DNA of 32,000 nt from Candidatus Baldrarchaeota archaeon (GTDB taxonomy: Archaea; Asgardarchaeota; Baldrarchaeia; Baldrarchaeales; DXJG01). Shown in pieces: positions 27,117-32,000 of this stretch. Positions within the stretch are counted from its first letter, which is position 1. The number at the start of each line of letters is the position of its first letter. The translations under genes and the position numbers were made by a program. The stretch covers positions 180,001 through 212,000 of the forward strand of contig DXJG01000004.1 of NCBI GenBank assembly GCA_019056805.1. The letters are read 5' to 3'. Under the pieces are notes generated by a model that was not told the origin of the DNA, did no database searches, and was given only the letters and a program-made list of their open reading frames with translations.

Positions 27117-29509
27117 AAACTTTGGAGAAACCCCGTGTAGGTGTTTTCATATGTGAATGCGGTGGAAATATATCCGACGTTGTGGATGTTAAAAAAGTTG
27201 TTAAAACGGCTTCAGAATGGGAAAACGTCCTTGTAGCAAGGCATTACACTTACATGTGTTCAAAACCTGGTGTTGAACTCATCAAACAATCAATTAAAAA
27301 AAGAGAGCTAAACAGAATAGTTATTGCTTGTTGTACACCAAAAATGCATAGAAAAATGTTTGAGAGAAACGTGGGAGAGGAGGGTATAAACCCAGCATTT
27401 CTAGAAATTGTTAACGTTCGTGAACAATGTTCCTGGGTACATCATGGAGACAATGAAGGAGCAACTCAGAAAGCCATAGATCTCATTAGAGGTGCGGTTA
27501 AAAAAGTTGAAAATGCTGTTCCCCTACATCCTGGTAAAATGCCTGTTAAACCCGCTGTATTAGTTATCGGTGGCGGTATTGCCGGTATAACCGCTGCTTT
27601 ACGCGTTGCCGAAGCAGGAATAAAAGTTTACCTAGTTGAAAAAGAACCAACAATTGGAGGTCATATGGCTAAATACGCCAAAGTTTTCCCAACTCTAGAT
27701 TGTGCTCAATGTATTTTAACACCTAAAATGGGAGATGTTGCAGAAAATCCAAACATTGAGCTCTTTACTCTTGCTGAAGTAAAAGCTGTTGAAGGTGTTC
27801 CAGGAGATTTCAAAGTTAAAATTAAGCTTAAGCCTAGGGGAGTTGACGTTGAAAAATGTGTTGGTTGCGGTGCCTGTAATCGTGTATGTCCCGTTGAAAC
27901 GGTTTCCGATTTCGATGAGGGATTAGGAAAACGAAAGGCAATTTACATACCATTCCCACAAGCAGTTCCCTCAGCCTACGTTATAGATTTTGATAGCTGC
28001 ACAAAATGTGGAAAATGCGCTGAAAAATGTCCTAGAAAGGCTATAAACCTTGAAGATACAGAAAAAGAAATAGAAATAAATGTTGGAGCTATTATAGTTG
28101 CCACAGGTTTCAAACTTTTCGATTTAAGCGACTACGGCGAATACAAATACGGTATGCATCCAAACGTCATAACCGCATTACAAATGGAACGATTAATGAA
28201 CGTAGCAGGACCCACAAGCGGTGCCATAGTCCGTCCCAGTGACGGGGGAGAAGTCAAAAAGATAGGTTACATTCTATGCGCAGGATCGAGAGACACAAAC
28301 AAGGGTAAACCTTACTGCAGCCGTGTATGCTGTCTATATGCTACTAAGCAAGCATTAATGATGAGAGAATTCATGGAAGGCTTAGATATATGGATCCACT
28401 ACATAGATTTAAGAGCGGCAGGAAGGAGATACGAAGAATTCTATAAGAACGCTCAGATTGAAGGAGTAAAATACGTTAGAGGAAAAGTGTCAGAAATAAT
28501 TCCCGATGGAGATCAATTAATTGTCAGAGCCGAAGACACGATGTTAGGTAGACCAATAGAAAACAAGTACGATCTTGTAGTTCTATGTCCACCAATAGTA
28601 CCAAGCCCTGATATAACTAAACTCGCCGAAATACTAAAGATTCCACTTGATGAAGACGGTTTTGTCCTTGAAAAACATCCAAAACTCGATCCAGTTGCAA
28701 CAAAACGTGAAGGTATCTTCGCTTGCGGAGTTATAACAGGACCAAAAGATATACAAACATCGGTTTCAGAGGCTGAAGGAGCAGCTGCAAAAGCAATAAA
28801 CTTCCTAATACAAAAAGAGAAAATCATTGAACCAAACAAAGCCTATCTTGCCGTACCCGAAAAGTGCGATGCCTGTGGAGAATGTATTGAAGTATGTCCA
28901 ACCGAAGCAATCAGTATTGCAAGCGAGAAAGTTGAAATAAACGAAATTCTCTGTAACGGATGTGGAGCTTGTATACCCGCATGTCCCAAAGAAGCATTAG
29001 ACCTCAAAGGGTTATCAGAGAAACAATTAATGGCTGAAATAGAAGGAATATTAACCGGATCAGAATCTGAAATTAAAATACTTGCATTTGTCGAAAATGA
29101 AATCGCTTATACAGCCCTTGACCTAACCGGTGTCGCTCGTCTATCTTATCCAAGCAGTATCAGAGTTATACCCGTGCCTTCTACTAGCAGATTGAAGTTA
29201 AAACACATATTATACGCTTTTGCCAAGGGTGCTGATGGTATAATGTTCCTAGAAGCACCTGAACATGAAGGTCCATTCGGAAAAGCTCATGCAATTGCAG
29301 AAGAAAGAATTGAAAACTATAAATTTGACATCGAAGACTACGACGTTGATAGTATCAGACTCTGGTTCTCAAAAGTTTATGTTCCAGACTGGAGAAAACT
29401 GGTGAAAGTCTTTGAAACATTTGATAGAATGATAAAAGACGAAGGCCCCATAGAACAAGAAGTAAGAGAAAACATACTTAAACAGTTATCACAAGAAACA
29501 GATACCTAA
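27113..29509 (+). CDS. hdrA: Heterodisulfide reductase subunit A fused to a Cys-free MvhD-like C-terminal domain
   Basis: CECGGNI/MC/ACCTP/EQC N-terminal cluster, GGGIAG FAD motif and FPTLDCAQC. Inserted ferredoxin (CVGCGACNRVCP, CTKCGKCAEKCP), CAGSR...YCSRVCC and a C-terminal 2x[4Fe-4S] domain, followed by an MvhD-like fold from about 29075. Confidence 0.95.
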   Translation: MKTLEKPRVGVFICECGGNISDVVDVKKVVKTASEWENVLVARHYTYMCSKPGVELIKQSIKKRELNRIVIACCTPKMHRKMFERNVGEEGINPAFLEIVNVREQCSWVHHGDNEGATQKAIDLIRGAVKKVENAVPLHPGKMPVKPAVLVIGGGIAGITAALRVAEAGIKVYLVEKEPTIGGHMAKYAKVFPTLDCAQCILTPKMGDVAENPNIELFTLAEVKAVEGVPGDFKVKIKLKPRGVDVEKCVGCGACNRVCPVETVSDFDEGLGKRKAIYIPFPQAVPSAYVIDFDSCTKCGKCAEKCPRKAINLEDTEKEIEINVGAIIVATGFKLFDLSDYGEYKYGMHPNVITALQMERLMNVAGPTSGAIVRPSDGGEVKKIGYILCAGSRDTNKGKPYCSRVCCLYATKQALMMREFMEGLDIWIHYIDLRAAGRRYEEFYKNAQIEGVKYVRGKVSEIIPDGDQLIVRAEDTMLGRPIENKYDLVVLCPPIVPSPDITKLAEILKIPLDEDGFVLEKHPKLDPVATKREGIFACGVITGPKDIQTSVSEAEGAAAKAINFLIQKEKIIEPNKAYLAVPEKCDACGECIEVCPTEAISIASEKVEINEILCNGCGACIPACPKEALDLKGLSEKQLMAEIEGILTGSESEIKILAFVENEIAYTALDLTGVARLSYPSSIRVIPVPSTSRLKLKHILYAFAKGADGIMFLEAPEHEGPFGKAHAIAEERIENYKFDIEDYDVDSIRLWFSKVYVPDWRKLVKVFETFDRMIKDEGPIEQEVRENILKQLSQETDT

Positions 29510-29578
29510 ACAATTCATTTTTAATTTCTATTTATTAAAAACTAGAATCGAATAAAAAGATTGAAAATTGATGGAAAT
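29510..29578. terminator. Putative bidirectional oligo-T terminator region between convergent hdrA and gcvH-like genes
   Basis: 69-bp AT-rich gap with T-tracts on both strands, consistent with archaeal intrinsic termination. Confidence 0.35.
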
Positions 29579-30010
29579 TTATTTCTTGGCTTTTTCCATC
29601 TCTTTCTTTAACCATTCCTCTAATTTCGCATGGTCCGATCCTGGTATAAGATTTTTTAATTCTTCATCTAGATTTTCAGGTTCTATTATTGCGATCCACC
29701 CTTTTCCATAAGGATCATCATTTATTAGCGATGGATTTTTCTGAACTTCTTCATTTAACTCAACGATTTTCCCCGTGACCGGGGATTTTAATGGTCCGAC
29801 CCACTTTCCACTCTCGATTGTTCCAAGGGTTTTCCCTTGCTTTACTGTCTGCCCAACTTTTTTAGTCCTGATGAAGAGAATTTTTCCCGCAGCACTTTGA
29901 GCCCAGTCATTATATCCTACTTTTACCTTTCCATCTTCTATTTTTGCCCACATATGGTCAGGGTGGTAGTATAAGTCATCTGGGAATTCATGTTCTCCTA
30001 TCTTAACCAT
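29579..30010 (-). CDS. GcvH-family lipoyl-carrier protein, LbpA-like type
   Basis: FPDDLYY...HMWAK...GYNDWAQSAAGKI...TIESGKWVGPLKSPVTG...INDDPYGKGWI, with lipoyl Lys69. The start is ATG 30010 (GGAGGA SD). Confidence 0.92.
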   Translation of the reverse strand: MVKIGEHEFPDDLYYHPDHMWAKIEDGKVKVGYNDWAQSAAGKILFIRTKKVGQTVKQGKTLGTIESGKWVGPLKSPVTGKIVELNEEVQKNPSLINDDPYGKGWIAIIEPENLDEELKNLIPGSDHAKLEEWLKKEMEKAKK

Positions 30011-30198
30011 CTTAATACTCCTCCATCCACTATTACATCTAACCAATTTATACAACTTACTTAAAATATTATTCCCATTTCACAGAAGGTTTAATGATAC
30101 CAATGATCCTATTATTTGATTCGAAAAATAAGTTTTAAGATTAATAAACAAATAAAATTAAGGGTCATGTGTTGATATAAAGATTAAAAATAGTTTGT

Positions 30199-30900
30199 TT
30201 AGCCTTCAAATGTTATATAGAAGTGACAAGCATCGTCTCCTCTTATAATCGTTGATGCAAGATTAACAACTACATCCTTTTCAGGTTTAAATTTACTAAA
30301 AATATATGAAAAACTTAATTCGTGAATTTTACACGGAATTTCTTTGAGTTCTCCTTTTAAAGCATGGCTAATTTCCTGAAATATACAATTTCTTATGACA
30401 ATAAATATTTCTTTTCCATCTAATTTTTTAAGTTCACAATACATGCCCATATCATTGAGCTCATCTCTAAGAACATTCCAGAATCTATCAGTTGCTAATA
30501 CATCCTCACCATGTTTTCTCTTTAAACATTTAATTACGTCTTCGCCTAAAATATTTCCAACTTCCATAACCCAAGCATCTATTTCTTTATTACCATATTT
30601 TCGAGCGAATGCTTTGATAAGAGCTTGTGTAAGTAAGGGATAGTTTCTTGGTGGGTATATAAACATGAAGGGTTTTCTAAGCTTGTAAACCGTTGCTGGT
30701 CTACCTACACTTTCCTTTAAAAGACTTGTTTCAACATATCCATTTGACGAAAGTTCATCTAAAATATTTTTAATAGACGTATAGCTTAAACCTGTATTTT
30801 GAGAAATTTCAAGGATTGTAGCTGAGGGGTTAACTGTTAGATATTCTAGGACCATTTGCATTCTCTTAAACTTATCACGTGGCTCCATAATTGTTCCCAT
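30199..30900 (-). CDS. HTH transcription regulator with C-terminal V4R-like/SufR-like Cys sensor domain (COG2345-like)
   Basis: N-terminal wHTH (TILEISQNTGLSYTSIKNILDELSSNGYV...GRPATVY). The C-terminal domain has NC-x17-C-x34-C plus one more Cys. Confidence 0.8.
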   Translation of the reverse strand: MGTIMEPRDKFKRMQMVLEYLTVNPSATILEISQNTGLSYTSIKNILDELSSNGYVETSLLKESVGRPATVYKLRKPFMFIYPPRNYPLLTQALIKAFARKYGNKEIDAWVMEVGNILGEDVIKCLKRKHGEDVLATDRFWNVLRDELNDMGMYCELKKLDGKEIFIVIRNCIFQEISHALKGELKEIPCKIHELSFSYIFSKFKPEKDVVVNLASTIIRGDDACHFYITFEG

Positions 30901-31150
30901 TTTAACTCACACATATAAACTTTAAATCATGATATTTAAGCATTTTCTCATCAATTTTAGAACAATGCAATGAAAACAACAAAAAACAAGTACATCTACT
31001 ACTAACAATATGAAATATATTCAAAATTAACTTCGATTTCCAGCAACTTTATTTTCAAATATAATGCGACAAATGAGCTTTTTTATAGTTTTATTTCGTT
31101 AAAAGCGATATATAAAGATATAATTTAAAGATAAGAGAGGAGGTATGCAT

Positions 31151-31582
31151 TTATGTAGCTAAGTATTTTTGAAGAGCATTTTCCAAAGGTCCTTGACCAA
31201 CTGCTCCTACAATTTTCTCCACTGGTTTCCCATTTTTGAATATAATAAACGTTGGAATACCCATGATATAATATCTCTGAGCAACATCTGGATTTTCATC
31301 AACATTCAACTTAGCAACAATAACTTTCCCAGCATATTTCTTTGCAAGAGCTTCCACAACAGGAGCCATCATACGACAAGGCGCACACCATTCAGCCCAA
31401 AAATCTACAAGCACTGGCAACTTTGCATTATTTATAACTTCATCGAAATTTTTTGAAGTCAGCTTTATAACTTTCCCTTCCGAGCCAAAATTTGGTTCTG
31501 ATTTCTCCTTAGTTGACATCATCAGTTCCCTAGCTTTTTTCGCCAGTATTTTTTCTAATTCCGGGTCTTTTTCTTCACTCAT
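31151..31582 (-). CDS. trxA: Thioredoxin with N-terminal helical extension
   Basis: DFWAEWCAPC active site, AKLNVDENP and cis-Pro motif GIPT. Confidence 0.95.
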   Translation of the reverse strand: MSEEKDPELEKILAKKARELMMSTKEKSEPNFGSEGKVIKLTSKNFDEVINNAKLPVLVDFWAEWCAPCRMMAPVVEALAKKYAGKVIVAKLNVDENPDVAQRYYIMGIPTFIIFKNGKPVEKIVGAVGQGPLENALQKYLAT

Positions 31583-31698
31583 GATGTAATCACCTTCACT
31601 AAATTATGTATTTTTTGTACATTAAAAGCAAAATATTGATAAGGATATTCGTATATAAACTTATTGCTAATCAAAGCAAAGATTATGGGGAATAACAT

Positions 31699-32000
31699 AT
31701 GAGTAAAATTAGTACTTTTCTACCTTCCAAAAGTCCTCTTTGCATAAGAACAATAAATCTACAAAATATTCTAAGGTGTTGCTACGGATTAAGTGAGGTA
31801 GAGATCAACATTTTCATGTATCTTTTTAAGAGTGGTGAAAAAGATATCAAAGAATTATCTAAGAAGTTTAATAGAGATCCTAGCGTAATTTACAGGATGT
31901 TACAAAATCTTATAGAATGTGGGTTAGTAACTAAAAAACTCGCAAAATCTAAGATAGGAAGATCCTATTATGTTTATAACAGTATAACTCGTGAAGAACT
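31699..32000 (+). CDS. TrmB-like HTH transcription regulator with N-terminal Cys motif (COG3355-like), 3'-truncated
   Basis: Not in ORF track. Hand translation: MSKISTFLPSKSPLCIRTINLQNILRCCYGLSEVEINIFMYLFKSGEKDIKELSKKFNRDPSVIYRMLQNLIECGLVTKK...GRSYYVY, open to the window end. Confidence 0.8.
   Translation, partial: MSKISTFLPSKSPLCIRTINLQNILRCCYGLSEVEINIFMYLFKSGEKDIKELSKKFNRDPSVIYRMLQNLIECGLVTKKLAKSKIGRSYYVYNSITREE

Noticed and set aside
29075-29449. Selenocysteine recoding as the reason for missing MvhD cysteines
   Set aside because: The frame is open with sense codons (E, S, A, G) at the expected ligand positions and contains no in-frame TGA.
25659-30010. Classical sulfur-oxidising sHdr-LbpA cluster
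   Set aside because: There is only one hdrC and one hdrB and no shdrH. HdrA is the long methanogen type with ferredoxin inserts. No tusA, dsrE or lipS genes are in view.
31136-31162. Strong SD (GAGGAGGT) + ATG on + strand near trx 3' end
   Set aside because: It encodes only MHLCS*. It is better explained as the pyrimidine-rich 3' flank of the minus-strand trx gene.
1-32000. CRISPR arrays, tRNA/rRNA genes, IS elements or proviral genes; remaining short overlapping ORFs in the track
   Set aside because: No regularly spaced repeats, cloverleaf-like GC-rich segments, or transposase, integrase or capsid motifs were seen by eye. The other short ORFs lie antisense or out-of-frame within well-supported genes.

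Overview
AT-rich (about one-third GC by eye), densely coding archaeal chromosome segment, with GGTGA/GGAGG ribosome-binding sites and BRE-TATA-like promoters. A Roadblock-like/polyproline/winged-helix protein, three V4R-fold proteins, FEN1, cofE, mptE and HdrABC suggest an anaerobic, F420/pterin-using archaeon, plausibly Asgard (inference). No rRNA, tRNA, CRISPR array, integrase or transposase was recognised. Three coding regions missing from the ORF track were translated by hand: a 5'-complete secreted repeat glycoprotein (1874 to the left edge), a 46-aa small ORF (22560-22700) and a Cys-bearing TrmB-like regulator (31699 to the right edge). The most interesting region is 23.3-32 kb. It holds a methanogen-type hdrC-hdrB-hdrA operon whose HdrA carries a fused MvhD domain that has lost all [2Fe-2S] cysteines. 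This operon converges on an LbpA/GcvH-type lipoyl carrier (ESGKWVG), followed by a Cys-bearing HTH-V4R/SufR-like regulator, thioredoxin and the Cys-bearing TrmB regulator, with an orphan molybdopterin enzyme upstream. It is a candidate non-methanogenic, lipoyl-protein-linked disulfide reductase/electron-bifurcation system. Family assignments come from motif recognition only; no searches were run.
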